A DNA stretch of 42,654 nucleotides from a bacterium (GCA_030700065.1 JAUYKH010000015.1:1-42654); one strand, 5' to 3'; counted from the stretch's first letter, positions 9,293-18,172 are shown. Notes: generated by a model not told the origin, from the sequence alone. A program made the numbers and translations.

Positions 9293-10183
9293 TTATTGCG
9301 TCAAGAAATAAAGCCCGAGGGAAATGAGCACGATCGCCAGGATTTTTTGCGCGAGTATTAGTTTGGTGATCCGTTCTTTCAGAATGTTCGGGTAATATTC
9401 GGAGAAAAAAATCGTCAGGAGGAGCAAAAAAGCATATTGAACGCCCTGCAAAGCATTTACTATGATGACACTCCCCAACGAGATGGCGTAATTTTGCATT
9501 AGCCCGGCGAGGCCGCCGGACAAACGCGCGCCATAATAAAGAATCTTATTGCCAGGCGTGGCTTCTTTGGTCGCGTCTGCGATATGCCGCCGGCTGCTAC
9601 TCGGAATCAAAAAACTCAAGGACACTGCAAAAAAACCAAGTCTGGTCCAAATAAGTCCGGACACAAAATTTGTCTGATTAAAAATATATTTTGTGAGGAC
9701 AAAAGACAAGGCAAAAAGGGCTGCCGCGATCACGGCATATCCCAGGGCCTTCGGATGCCAATGTCCCGCATCTTTACGAAAAGCGATCAGAACCGCGCCC
9801 GTAACCAAAAAAATAAACGCCACAAACTGGGAGCTCGTAAGTCTTTCGCCCAGCACTATGTAGGCGAAAACCAGGGTGAAAAATGGCACAAAACCCCCTT
9901 CAATGGGAAGAAGTCTCGAAATACTCGTCGCTTGGGTCGCGACATAGAGAAAATACAGCGCCCAGACGAAACAAGCCCCGGCTATAATCGCGATAAATAA
10001 ATCAGAAAAGCTCACGAGTTTTAGGCCGAACGGGGCGAGTACGAAAGTCAGGGGGCCGGTAATGCCGATGTAAAAAGCGTAGGCGACTGGGTGCCTGACC
10101 GCCTTTGTCAGCAAAAATTTATCAACCACGCCGTTTAGGGCAAAAAGCAGATAGGCTACAACGGCAATCCAGATATAAAACAT
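9293..10183 (-). CDS. EamA/DMT-family transporter
   Basis: About 10 TM segments in two repeats; LGERLT motif. Confidence 0.85.
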   Translation of the reverse strand: MFYIWIAVVAYLLFALNGVVDKFLLTKAVRHPVAYAFYIGITGPLTFVLAPFGLKLVSFSDLFIAIIAGACFVWALYFLYVATQATSISRLLPIEGGFVPFFTLVFAYIVLGERLTSSQFVAFIFLVTGAVLIAFRKDAGHWHPKALGYAVIAAALFALSFVLTKYIFNQTNFVSGLIWTRLGFFAVSLSFLIPSSSRRHIADATKEATPGNKILYYGARLSGGLAGLMQNYAISLGSVIIVNALQGVQYAFLLLLTIFFSEYYPNILKERITKLILAQKILAIVLISLGLYFLTQ

Positions 10184-10186
10184 GGA

Positions 10187-11410
10187 CTAGAGAGTTAAAG
10201 CGTTATCCTTGCAAATCTTCGCGTAAACTCTCGCGCTTTTTCGCACCGCGCGCTTTTGATTTTTGAAATCAACCTTGACGAGACCAAACTGCATTTTGTA
10301 GCCGGTTTTTTCCTGCTTTAGTACCGGCCATTCGTAACTATCAAGAAGCGTCCAGTGCAGGTATCCTCTGACATCTACTCCGCGTTTAATCGCATGATAA
10401 ACCTCCTTCACGTATCCGCGAATAAATTCTGGGCGTTTCTTGTCTGTGCTGTCCGCTATGCCGTTTTCCGTGATGTAAATTGGTTTTCCAAATTTTTTCA
10501 GCTTCAAAAGCACTTCATATACTGCCCTCGGATATATTTCCCATCCCTTGTCCGAAAGCTCGGCCTCGCGGCCTCGGACCACCTGTTTTTTCCAGAACCA
10601 TAGACTGAAATGAATCCGCCTGTACATATAGTGATTAAGTCCGATAAAATCGCAAATGGTTTTACGGTAAGGATAATCGATGTTGATGAATTCCTGGACT
10701 TTCACCTCCAGATTGTCAAAAAAACTGCGCGGGTGGAAAGGTCTGAAATAAGAAACATTTTGTGCCAAACCCACTTTGGCATCATGGTAGTAAGCGTGTA
10801 TGAGCTTATAGGCGCGATTGTGACCCTCAAGCATGTTCCTGTATACCATAAAAGACTTTAATATGCTTTTTGCGAAAGGCGGCCAAAATCCCCCTTGATA
10901 GCCCATATACGCGTAAATTCCCGGCTCATTGACAGTCACCCAAAAGTCAATGAATTGTCCCAGGGTCTGGGCTATTTTCCCTACGTAGTCGGCGAAATCA
11001 TCAACAGTTTTTTTGTGCGCCCAGCCGCCCTGCTTTGCCACCCAAACCGGATTGGTAAAATGATGGAGTGTGACGAATGTGGTAAATCCCTGGTTTTTAA
11101 GATTTTCCAAAACATGGAAATAATGACGCAACGCTTCCTCATCCCACTTGCCCTTGTCCGGTTCGATGCGGCTCCATTCCAGAGAAAGCCGGTGAGCATT
11201 GTGATTGAGTTTCTTCGCGAGCTTAAAATCCGCCTCGAATCTATTGTAGTGATCACAGGCCGCTCCAGCACGGGGAAGACGAACTTGTGTTTCCCAATCA
11301 TTATTTGCAATGCCGCCTTCAACCTGGTAAGCGGACGTTGCCGCCCCCCACAAAAACCCTTTTGGAAAACGCAGGGTTCTGGATTTTTGTCTTTTTGGTT
11401 TTGGTTTCAT
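10187..11410 (-). CDS. Glycoside hydrolase family 1 (beta-glucosidase)
   Basis: FPKGFLWGAATSAYQVEG, RLSLEWSRIEP, TVNEP and YITENG catalytic motifs. Confidence 0.95.
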   Translation of the reverse strand: MKPKPKRQKSRTLRFPKGFLWGAATSAYQVEGGIANNDWETQVRLPRAGAACDHYNRFEADFKLAKKLNHNAHRLSLEWSRIEPDKGKWDEEALRHYFHVLENLKNQGFTTFVTLHHFTNPVWVAKQGGWAHKKTVDDFADYVGKIAQTLGQFIDFWVTVNEPGIYAYMGYQGGFWPPFAKSILKSFMVYRNMLEGHNRAYKLIHAYYHDAKVGLAQNVSYFRPFHPRSFFDNLEVKVQEFINIDYPYRKTICDFIGLNHYMYRRIHFSLWFWKKQVVRGREAELSDKGWEIYPRAVYEVLLKLKKFGKPIYITENGIADSTDKKRPEFIRGYVKEVYHAIKRGVDVRGYLHWTLLDSYEWPVLKQEKTGYKMQFGLVKVDFKNQKRAVRKSARVYAKICKDNALTL

Positions 11411-11416
11411 ATCAAT

Positions 11417-11462
11417 GCCATTCCCGCCATGCCTACCGGCAGGCAGGCGCAGGCGGGAATCT
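11417..11462. repeat. Second copy of the nested ATTCCCGC/CCTGCC palindrome
   Basis: Reverse complement reads AGATTCCCGCCTGCG-CCTGCCTGCCGGTAGGCATGG-CGGGAATGGC, the same architecture as 5618-5661. Confidence 0.75.
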
Positions 11463-11512
11463 ATACATATGATTGATTATACCATAAATTCCTATTATAA
11501 TGACTCCGACGA

Positions 11513-11587
11513 GGCCCTATCGTCTAGTGGCTAGGACGGTTGGTTCTCAGCCAACAAACCGGGGTTCGACTCCCCGTGGGGCTGCCA
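11513..11587 (+). tRNA. tRNA-Glu (CTC)
   Basis: Acceptor GGCCCTA/TGGGGCT, anticodon arm GTTGG-TTCTCAG-CCAAC, T-arm GGGGTTCGACTCCCC, encoded CCA. Confidence 0.95.
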
Positions 11588-11610
11588 AATAGGAAATGTC
11601 AAAGACTCGT

Positions 11611-11740
11611 GCCGCCTTCGGCGGCGAAATGCATTCGAACTATTGTCGGTATACTCTACTAACAAATAAAAGGGTTCGACCCGCCCCGTAGTGTCCGCCC
11701 AAGGCGGACTACTACCGGGGTTCCCGGTACCGGTGCCAAC
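11611..11740 (+). repeat. 130-bp direct repeat, copy 1
   Basis: Ungapped match to 13255-13384 with about 16 mismatches by manual count. Confidence 0.9.
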
Positions 11741-11750
11741 ATAAAATTTC

Positions 11751-11999
11751 ATGGATTATATTCTAACATCTCACGCAAAACAACGGATGGCGGAACGCCT
11801 GATTCCGGATAAATTAATCGCCGGGACCTTGCGCAATCCCACCAAAGTGTTATATGATAGTAAAGGGCGCTTGCTTTTCAAAAAATTATATCAAAAGAAA
11901 GGGCAAACGCGGCTTCTATTGATTGTTGGAATAAAAACCGACGATAATTTAAGAATTATTACCGTAATTGACACTTCAAAAATCAGAAAATATCTATGA
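11751..11999 (+). CDS. DUF4258-like (RelE/BrnT-fold) putative toxin
   Basis: T.HAKQRM.ER.I and C-terminal IITVI motifs; overlaps the downstream small gene. Confidence 0.75.
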   Translation: MDYILTSHAKQRMAERLIPDKLIAGTLRNPTKVLYDSKGRLLFKKLYQKKGQTRLLLIVGIKTDDNLRIITVIDTSKIRKYL

Positions 12000-12235
12000 A
12001 GAAAAATTCTCCAAAAATTTCATACGATAAAGAAAGCGAAGTGCTCTCCATAGAGCTGAAAAAAGTCAAGAGCGCGGATTCTGATATCCAAGGCAACCTT
12101 GTCATTGATTACGATAAAAAAGGCGAGATTGTTCGCATTAATCTTTATAATTTTGATTTTGCCGGTTTCAGAAACGGGGTCAAGGCTTTTAAAAATTTTG
12201 CCGGCGGCTCTGCCGCTTCAGTCGTGATGAGATAA
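11996..12235 (+). CDS. DUF2283-like putative antitoxin
   Basis: ISYDKESEVLSI and VIDYDKKGEIV.I motifs. Confidence 0.8.
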   Translation: MKKNSPKISYDKESEVLSIELKKVKSADSDIQGNLVIDYDKKGEIVRINLYNFDFAGFRNGVKAFKNFAGGSAASVVMR

Positions 12236-12312
12236 AAATTGCCAAAGAACCTGATAAAAATACAGACTCGATCCACATTTGGGAAAAGAAAATTTTTTAA
12301 CTTTTTTAATAT

Positions 12313-13170
12313 ATGGAACAAAAAATAAATCCAATCCAAAATCCTAGTCCAGTTAATCCCCAACCTCCTCATAAACATCTCCATCCTGGTATTTGGATTA
12401 CTGTTTTAATTGTTGCGGCGCTTTCTGTTGGATATTTAGTTTGGGCAAACGCTTCAAAAGAATGGCCTTTCGAGGAAAATTTACAGTCCAATAATTCTGT
12501 TACTCAACAGCCTACTGCAGACCAAACAAATAATACTGGAAATACTTCTAATGATTTAACCTTAAAGGATTGGGAAGTTAAAGCAATTTCCTTGGGTAAT
12601 GACGGCTCAAAGAAGTTGATTTTAACTAATAGGGTTAATGGAAGTCAGAAAACTTTGATTGACAACACTGATACTCTAAGGAAGCGAATAGTGCAAGAGT
12701 TTGATGTAGACAAGATTTTTGACAACTATGGGGTAATTAATCTAACTGGTAGTCCAAGTATAGGTACAGCGATTTATTTCGAGTTAGTTTATGAGTATGG
12801 AGGCCCAGTATTTGCCATGGACATTAATTCCATGAAACTGCGACAATCAAAGTATGGTAGTATGCGTTTACTTTTTGCGCCTACGGGTGTTAAGGCTGTC
12901 ATTGCAGGATCTGTTGGACAAGAGAGGTTTAACACAACTTTATCTTTGGTTTGTTTGAACAATGATACAGAAAGACAACTTATTGCTCTGACAAATAGCG
13001 AAGTATTTAACGAATATCCTCCTGAACTAGATCAAAATGTTCACATAAAGTGGAATGACGAAAATAAAGTTGAGTATAGTGTTTATCGCATTGCTCCAAA
13101 TCAGAAACCGGATACATATTTACAAAATACTTTTCTAAAAAGTGAAACTCTAAATGTACCCGGCTGTTAG
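12313..13170 (+). CDS. Single-pass membrane-anchored exported protein, AT-rich
   Basis: Pro-rich N-terminus, one TM (IWITVLIVAALSVGYLVW), N/T-rich linker; visibly lower GC than the flanks. Confidence 0.8.
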   Translation: MEQKINPIQNPSPVNPQPPHKHLHPGIWITVLIVAALSVGYLVWANASKEWPFEENLQSNNSVTQQPTADQTNNTGNTSNDLTLKDWEVKAISLGNDGSKKLILTNRVNGSQKTLIDNTDTLRKRIVQEFDVDKIFDNYGVINLTGSPSIGTAIYFELVYEYGGPVFAMDINSMKLRQSKYGSMRLLFAPTGVKAVIAGSVGQERFNTTLSLVCLNNDTERQLIALTNSEVFNEYPPELDQNVHIKWNDENKVEYSVYRIAPNQKPDTYLQNTFLKSETLNVPGC

Positions 13171-13254
13171 TTGTTAAAGAATTTGCCGCCAAAGAAAAAC
13201 TTGAAATTGTCATCGGCGCGGCTCGACCGCGCTTGCGGGCGGGGTTGGCTCCTT

Positions 13255-13384
13255 GCCGTCTTCGGCGGCAAAATGCGTTCGAACTATTTTCAGGATACTC
13301 TGCCAGCAAATAAAAGAGTTTGACCTGCCCCGTAGTGTCCACCCGAGGCGGACTACTACTAGGGTTCCCGGTACCGGTGCCAAC
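13255..13384 (+). repeat. 130-bp direct repeat, copy 2
   Basis: See 11611-11740. Confidence 0.9.
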
Positions 13385-13409
13385 TTCAGCGGTATGCTAT
13401 AATGCAATT

Positions 13410-13787
13410 ATGAAAGAATTGTTTCACAGGATTGCGCATAGGGCCTCCAACTTTTTCGGCTCCGCCTGGGCTTTTAGCGTGGCAGTTGTGGTAATATTGC
13501 TCTGGTTCACCACCGGACCCATATTCAATTTCTCCAACACATGGCAGTTGTTCATCAACACTTTCACGACCATCATGACCTTCCTGATGGTTTTTCTGAT
13601 CCAAAATACGCAAAACCGCGACGCAAAGGCCACCCACCTCAAACTGGATGAGCTCATCAAAGCGTTGAGGAGCGCGCGCGACAAATTTATTGATCTGGAG
13701 GATATGTCTGACGAGGAGCTGGACAAACTTGAGTTGGAGTTCAAGAAAGTAAGGGAAAAAGGTTGGGTAAAAAAAGTTTCGAAATAA
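13410..13787 (+). CDS. Low-affinity iron permease (Fet4-like) family protein
   Basis: FS.TWQL.INT.TTI.TFLMVFLIQNTQNRD..A...KLDELI motif. ATG at 13410 follows TGCTATAAT. Confidence 0.9.
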   Translation: MKELFHRIAHRASNFFGSAWAFSVAVVVILLWFTTGPIFNFSNTWQLFINTFTTIMTFLMVFLIQNTQNRDAKATHLKLDELIKALRSARDKFIDLEDMSDEELDKLELEFKKVREKGWVKKVSK

Positions 13788-13802
13788 TTATTCAAACGAC
13801 GA

Positions 13803-13839
13803 TATCCCAACATACTTAAGAATGTTGGGATATTATTTT
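13803..13839. terminator. Hairpin between convergent iron permease and murF genes
   Basis: TATCCCAACAT-acttaaga-ATGTTGGGATA followed by TTATTTT. Confidence 0.6.
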
Positions 13840-13850
13840 GGGTGGAAATT

Positions 13851-15107
13851 TTAAGTATCTAACCATGTGCCGCTCTGCCGGCACAAAAGTTTCCCTGCGC
13901 GTTCCGGCTCCGCCATGATTTCTTTGACGATTTTTTCCATGCGCGCGGCCTGGGATCCCTTGACCAGAATCATATCCCCTGGCCTGATAAGATTCTGAAC
14001 GGGAATCCTCGCCTCATCAGAGTTTTCAAATTCCAGAATTTGACCTCCCGCGTAGCCTGCGAGCCGCGCCTCGTCCCCGGAAAATTTTGATTTAGGCCCG
14101 ACGACAACAAATATATCTATCTTGCGCTCGGCAACGGCTCGGCCCACTTCCCGATGCCCCTGCTCTGTCGCTTCCCCCAACTCTGCCATGTCCCCCAAAA
14201 TTGCTATTCTGCGCTGGGCAGGAAGCAGGGAAAGTATTTCCAGGGCGGCAATCGCCGAGGCGGGCGAGGAATTATAGGTATCATCGATTATTGTTGTCGA
14301 TTTGATTCCGCTCAAAAGACGGAGCCGCCCGGGGAGAGTCCGATAAATGCCGAGTGCGCGGCCGATTTCCACAAGATTCAGTCCCAGAACAATTCCGCAC
14401 GCGGCCGCGGCAAGAGCCGCGTAAACGCTCGGTTCGCCCAAAACCCCCGTAAGCTCAATCGGGACCGTATTGCCCGAATACCGCGCTTTAAAAATAATGC
14501 CTTGCGGCTTGTAGATTATATCCGATGCGGCGATATCAGCACGGCTATCCAAACCGTAAAAGGTCGTTTTTCCCTTATGTTTGGCGGCCATCTGCCTGAC
14601 TGCAGGATCGTCGTAATTCAAAACTGCCGTTCCGCCTCGAAGTACTCGCACCAGATTGGATTTCTCCAGAATTATATGATCCATCTTACTGAAATTCTCC
14701 AAGTGAGAAGGCCCGACCGCCGTCACGACTGAAACCGCGGGTTTGACAAACGAGGTTAAATACTCGATATCGCCGGGCCGGTCGGCGCCCATTTCGACGA
14801 CCAAAATTTTCGGATATTTCGCGGGAAACAAAAAAATAAATACTCCTTTGGCGAAAATCCACAGCCATGCAAAAAATTTTCGGCCGGGGGAAATACACCC
14901 GATGATAGTAAGCGGCACCCCAATCTCGTTGTTGTAATTTCCGTAACTTTTTCTCGTCCTTGCTTTTATTGAGGCCACCGCGAAAACTGCTTCTTTCGCG
15001 GCAGTCTTGCCGACGCTACCGGTGATGGCGATAATCAAGGGCTGGTATTTCCAGAGAATAAGTATTGACAACCAACGCAAAACTGTTTTTAAAATGTTCT
15101 TTGTCAT
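13851..15107 (-). CDS. murF: UDP-N-acetylmuramoyl-tripeptide--D-Ala-D-Ala ligase
   Basis: AITGSVGKT, NYNNEIGVPLT, EMG, DDTYNSSP, LGDMAELG and LVKGS motifs. Start MTKNILK at 15107. Confidence 0.93.
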   Translation of the reverse strand: MTKNILKTVLRWLSILILWKYQPLIIAITGSVGKTAAKEAVFAVASIKARTRKSYGNYNNEIGVPLTIIGCISPGRKFFAWLWIFAKGVFIFLFPAKYPKILVVEMGADRPGDIEYLTSFVKPAVSVVTAVGPSHLENFSKMDHIILEKSNLVRVLRGGTAVLNYDDPAVRQMAAKHKGKTTFYGLDSRADIAASDIIYKPQGIIFKARYSGNTVPIELTGVLGEPSVYAALAAAACGIVLGLNLVEIGRALGIYRTLPGRLRLLSGIKSTTIIDDTYNSSPASAIAALEILSLLPAQRRIAILGDMAELGEATEQGHREVGRAVAERKIDIFVVVGPKSKFSGDEARLAGYAGGQILEFENSDEARIPVQNLIRPGDMILVKGSQAARMEKIVKEIMAEPERAGKLLCRQSGTWLDT

Positions 15108-15159
15108 TCTATATTCTCCCCCTTCGGGGGATCTCCCGTAGGGATGATAAATTCTAATT

Positions 15160-16869
15160 TCATCTGGTCGGGCGAATTTGAAAATAATCAAGCAAAAATT
15201 TGGCCAGCTCTCCAAAAGCCGGCGCGGCAGTACTCTCCGCGAATCTGACAGTCTTTGGGTTGTCTATTTTTACCACTATCACAAATTTCGGATCCTCGAT
15301 CGGCCCAAACCCGGCAAAAGTGCCGATTGAAAGATTGGGATCGTAGCCCACAGGGCCGTCAGCACGCGCGACCTGGGCAGTTCCGGTTTTCCCGCCCAGA
15401 TAGTATCCCGGCACCCGGGCTCGTTTGCCGTGCCCGTTTTCAACGACGGAAACGAGCATCGCCGCCACAATATTGGCAGTTTTGGGAGAAACGGCCTGGC
15501 CGATCTCTTCAGGCTTTGTTTGAACAATGCCGTCCTTGGTGCGAATGCTTTCCTCAATATATGGCTTCATCATCTTACCCTGATTAGCTATGGCCGCATA
15601 GGCTTGCGCCAACTGCAGGGGCGTAACTGTTATTCCCTGTCCAAACGAGGCGGTTGCATAATCAATGTCCGCATTTCTCGTCAAATTTCGCAAATCGCCT
15701 GCGGATTCACCAGGCAGGGTTATGCCAGCTCGCTTGCCAAAACCAAACCTTTTTATCGTTTCCGCAAATTTCTCTTTTCCCGCTTTTTGCTGGAGATAAA
15801 CGGCTCCCGTATTAATAGACTGCTCGAGTATTTGCGTCATAGTCTGTCTTCCGAAAGTTTTTTCATTGGCATTTTTTATTATCCGATCATTTACCTGCAC
15901 GCTCCCCGTATCCTCAAATGTATCTTCCGGAGAAATTGCCCCACCGTCAAGCGCAAGCGCCATGGTAAAAGCCTTAAAAACCGATCCGGGTTCATAGGCG
16001 TCAGTTACAGCCAAATTTCGAAACGCGCCGGGGTTCTGGACTTCATTAAAAATATTTGGGTCAAAATCAGGATAATTCGCCATCGCCAATACGGCGCCGG
16101 TCCCGGGATCGAGTACAACAATGCTTCCGGAATCCGCTTCGTTTTCCCGGACAGTTTTGGAAAGTATGCTCTCCGCCTGGAACTGGATGGCACGATTGAC
16201 GGTCAAGACAATATCACCGCCCGGCACCGCCGGCTCGAGTTTTCTGATGCCTCCGGTGATCCACCCTCCGCTCGCGTCTTTTTCCTGCAGGAGCGAGCCG
16301 GGTTTGCCCGCCAAAATGTCTTCGAAATACCTTTCAACGCCGTACTGCCCCATGCGCTTATCTCCTTCATACGCCAAAAAACCCAAAACTTGAGAGGCCA
16401 AACTTTTTTCCGGGTAAAACCGATAGTCTTCGGGCTGGAGATAAATCCCGGGAAGATCCAATTTTTTTACGCCCAAAGAGACGTTTTCTGGAAGCTGTTT
16501 TTTGAGGGCAACCCATTTTCGCTCGTCTTCAGAAATTTTCGCCAAAATCTCTGCCTTTGGAATCTCCAAAATCTGGCCCAAAAGTTTGGCGGTCTTTTCT
16601 TTATCAGTTATTTCAGGCGGAACCGCGTAAATCAAATCTTTTTGAATGTTCCCGACCGCTTCAATAAGCTCCTCTCCGTTTTTGCCGGTATGAATGAATA
16701 TCTTTCCCCTCGCGGGAATTAGATCTTTGTACAACTGGTGCTGGTTTTCGGCCAAGCTTTGAAAATATGAATGGCCCAATACCTGGAGCGCAAAAAGCCG
16801 CACGATGACGGCGGCTGTAAAAATAACAAAAATAAAGCTTAAAAAAACCAATCTACGGCGAGTAGGCAT
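15160..16869 (-). CDS. ftsI: Class B penicillin-binding protein (FtsI/PBP3-type)
   Basis: N-terminal TM, RG.I, YEPGSVFK (SxxK), SIN (SxN) and KTGT motifs; dcw context. Confidence 0.9.
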   Translation of the reverse strand: MPTRRRLVFLSFIFVIFTAAVIVRLFALQVLGHSYFQSLAENQHQLYKDLIPARGKIFIHTGKNGEELIEAVGNIQKDLIYAVPPEITDKEKTAKLLGQILEIPKAEILAKISEDERKWVALKKQLPENVSLGVKKLDLPGIYLQPEDYRFYPEKSLASQVLGFLAYEGDKRMGQYGVERYFEDILAGKPGSLLQEKDASGGWITGGIRKLEPAVPGGDIVLTVNRAIQFQAESILSKTVRENEADSGSIVVLDPGTGAVLAMANYPDFDPNIFNEVQNPGAFRNLAVTDAYEPGSVFKAFTMALALDGGAISPEDTFEDTGSVQVNDRIIKNANEKTFGRQTMTQILEQSINTGAVYLQQKAGKEKFAETIKRFGFGKRAGITLPGESAGDLRNLTRNADIDYATASFGQGITVTPLQLAQAYAAIANQGKMMKPYIEESIRTKDGIVQTKPEEIGQAVSPKTANIVAAMLVSVVENGHGKRARVPGYYLGGKTGTAQVARADGPVGYDPNLSIGTFAGFGPIEDPKFVIVVKIDNPKTVRFAESTAAPAFGELAKFLLDYFQIRPTR

Positions 16870-17203
16870 AACCGTTTTGGCTCAAATAGTCTACCGAAGT
16901 CATGGGTACAAGGTTGAGCGTACGGATTTGGGATTCGATACTCTGTATGGATTTAAGCGACGCGGTCTCGAGCTCCAATCTCTTGTTTGATTCCTGAAGC
17001 TCAATAAGCCTTTTGTCCAGCTTCTTGATTTCATACCCTTTGGTCGAAAGATTGTTAGTTTCAAGCAAATACAACACGCCCGCCACAATCAAAAGTCCGG
17101 CCAACACAAATCCTAAACTGGACGAAAGTTTTTTCGGAGTTTTTGGTTTCATTTTTATTTTGGCTTGGGGAATTTCAAGCGTTAACGCAAAATATCTTCC
17201 CAT
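16853..17203 (-). CDS. FtsL-like cell division protein
   Basis: One TM followed by a leucine-zipper coiled coil; sits immediately before ftsI. Confidence 0.7.
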   Translation of the reverse strand: MGRYFALTLEIPQAKIKMKPKTPKKLSSSLGFVLAGLLIVAGVLYLLETNNLSTKGYEIKKLDKRLIELQESNKRLELETASLKSIQSIESQIRTLNLVPMTSVDYLSQNGYAYSP

Positions 17204-17223
17204 ACGCAGCAGAGTCCTATATT

Positions 17224-17652
17224 CTAAATTATTTGTTCTAAGGCTTCGGCGATGTTGGTCGAAGTTTTTTCAGTATCTTTCTTATATTTTTCCCATCGTT
17301 CCTGATCCCAAACTTCCAATCGATTGTACAATCCGGCAATTACAACTTTTTTCTTTATTCCGGCAAAATTTCGCAGATAATCGGGTAGGATCACTCGCCC
17401 CTGTTTGTCCATTTCCAAATCCATAGCTCCAGCAAGCATCAAACGGGAAAATGCCCTGGTATTGGACCTGCTAATGGGCAAATTTGCCAATTTACCCGCT
17501 AAATTTTGCCACTCCTTCGCAGTGTATAAGAAAAGGGCGCTGTCCAGGCCGCGTGTGACTACGGCTCCACGGCTAAGCGAGGCGCGAAATTTGACGGGTA
17601 TGGACAGCCTTCCTTTCTCATCCACCGTAAGCGAGTATTCGCCGATAAACAT
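17224..17652 (-). CDS. mraZ: Division/cell wall cluster repressor MraZ
   Basis: MFIGEY...VDEKGRL.IP.KFR, D.QGRV.LP and E.WD...W motifs. Start at 17652. Confidence 0.96.
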   Translation of the reverse strand: MFIGEYSLTVDEKGRLSIPVKFRASLSRGAVVTRGLDSALFLYTAKEWQNLAGKLANLPISRSNTRAFSRLMLAGAMDLEMDKQGRVILPDYLRNFAGIKKKVVIAGLYNRLEVWDQERWEKYKKDTEKTSTNIAEALEQII

Positions 17653-18030
17653 CGGGTGGTAGAACCTTCGGTACACCACCCGACAAGTCGGGCGGTAATT
17701 AATTATTTAGTTTGAAAATACTCCTTGAGCATCAGTTTTAACACCCGCGCACCCTTGTTCGATTTCAAATACTGCTCTCTTCTAGCCGCATCAGATTTAT
17801 TCAAATATCCCTCAAAGTGAATCAGTTGCCAAGGTTTGTATTTCTTTGTGTAGGAGCTTAGACCTGAATTATGCTCTTGGACCCTGCTTTTTAAACTCTT
17901 GGCAGTTAAACCTATATAGACGCCACCGTTCTTCTTACTTTCAAGCACGTAAACCGTAAAAAACACCGTATTTTCTATTAATCCTCAACTTGTAAGGTGG
18001 TGTGCGACCAACGGGAGTTCTACCACCTTA
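17652..18030. mobile_element. Putative minimal GIY-YIG element bounded by inverted palindromes
   Basis: Left GGTGGTAGAAC-cttcgg-TACACCACC (17655-17680); right reverse complement GGTGGTAGAAC-tcccgttggtcg-CACACCACC (17996-18027). Confidence 0.55.
17703..17966 (-). CDS. Standalone GIY-YIG nuclease
   Basis: VYVL.S.....YIG.T, R..EHN.G, YT..YKPW.L and A..RE..LKS..G motifs. Confidence 0.92.
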   Translation of the reverse strand: MFFTVYVLESKKNGGVYIGLTAKSLKSRVQEHNSGLSSYTKKYKPWQLIHFEGYLNKSDAARREQYLKSNKGARVLKLMLKEYFQTK

Positions 18031-18103
18031 TCCACTTTTCCCCACTCTTTTCCACAAATTAGTGTTGTATATCCATTATATCCCACCTGGAAATTTTCGT
18101 CAA
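18020..18103 (-). promoter_or_regulatory. dcw promoter with MraZ-type GTGG repeats
   Basis: TTGACG-17-TATAAT (18103-18075), then GTGGAAAAGA GTGGGGAAAA GTGGATAAG GTGG at about 10-bp spacing. Confidence 0.8.
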
Positions 18104-18117
18104 CCCCCAATAATAAA

Positions 18118-18143
18118 CAAAAAATCGCCAGATTGGGCGATTA
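18118..18143 (-). terminator. Intrinsic terminator after the cupin gene
   Basis: AATCGCC-caatct-GGCGATT-TTTTG on the minus strand. Confidence 0.6.
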
Positions 18144-18172
18144 TTGTCAAATATTACTCCAACTAACTAAAC

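Noticed and set aside
11611-11740. Additional tRNA genes in the 130-bp repeats
   Set aside because: Only a T-loop/CCA-like end is present. No acceptor 5' strand, D-arm or anticodon arm can be folded.
13210-13409. ORFs read through palindromic repeats (13210-13407, 11531-11752, 5628-5825, N-terminal extensions of 13320.. and 19775..)
   Set aside because: The translations derive from repeat or tRNA sequence. Better starts with promoters exist downstream.
15430-16722. 430-aa plus-strand ORF and similar long antisense ORFs (e.g. 32075-32860, 34681-35490, 29439-30122)
   Set aside because: They are fully antisense to conserved genes (ftsI, rplB, tuf/rpsJ, rplP/rpsC) and have no recognisable motifs.
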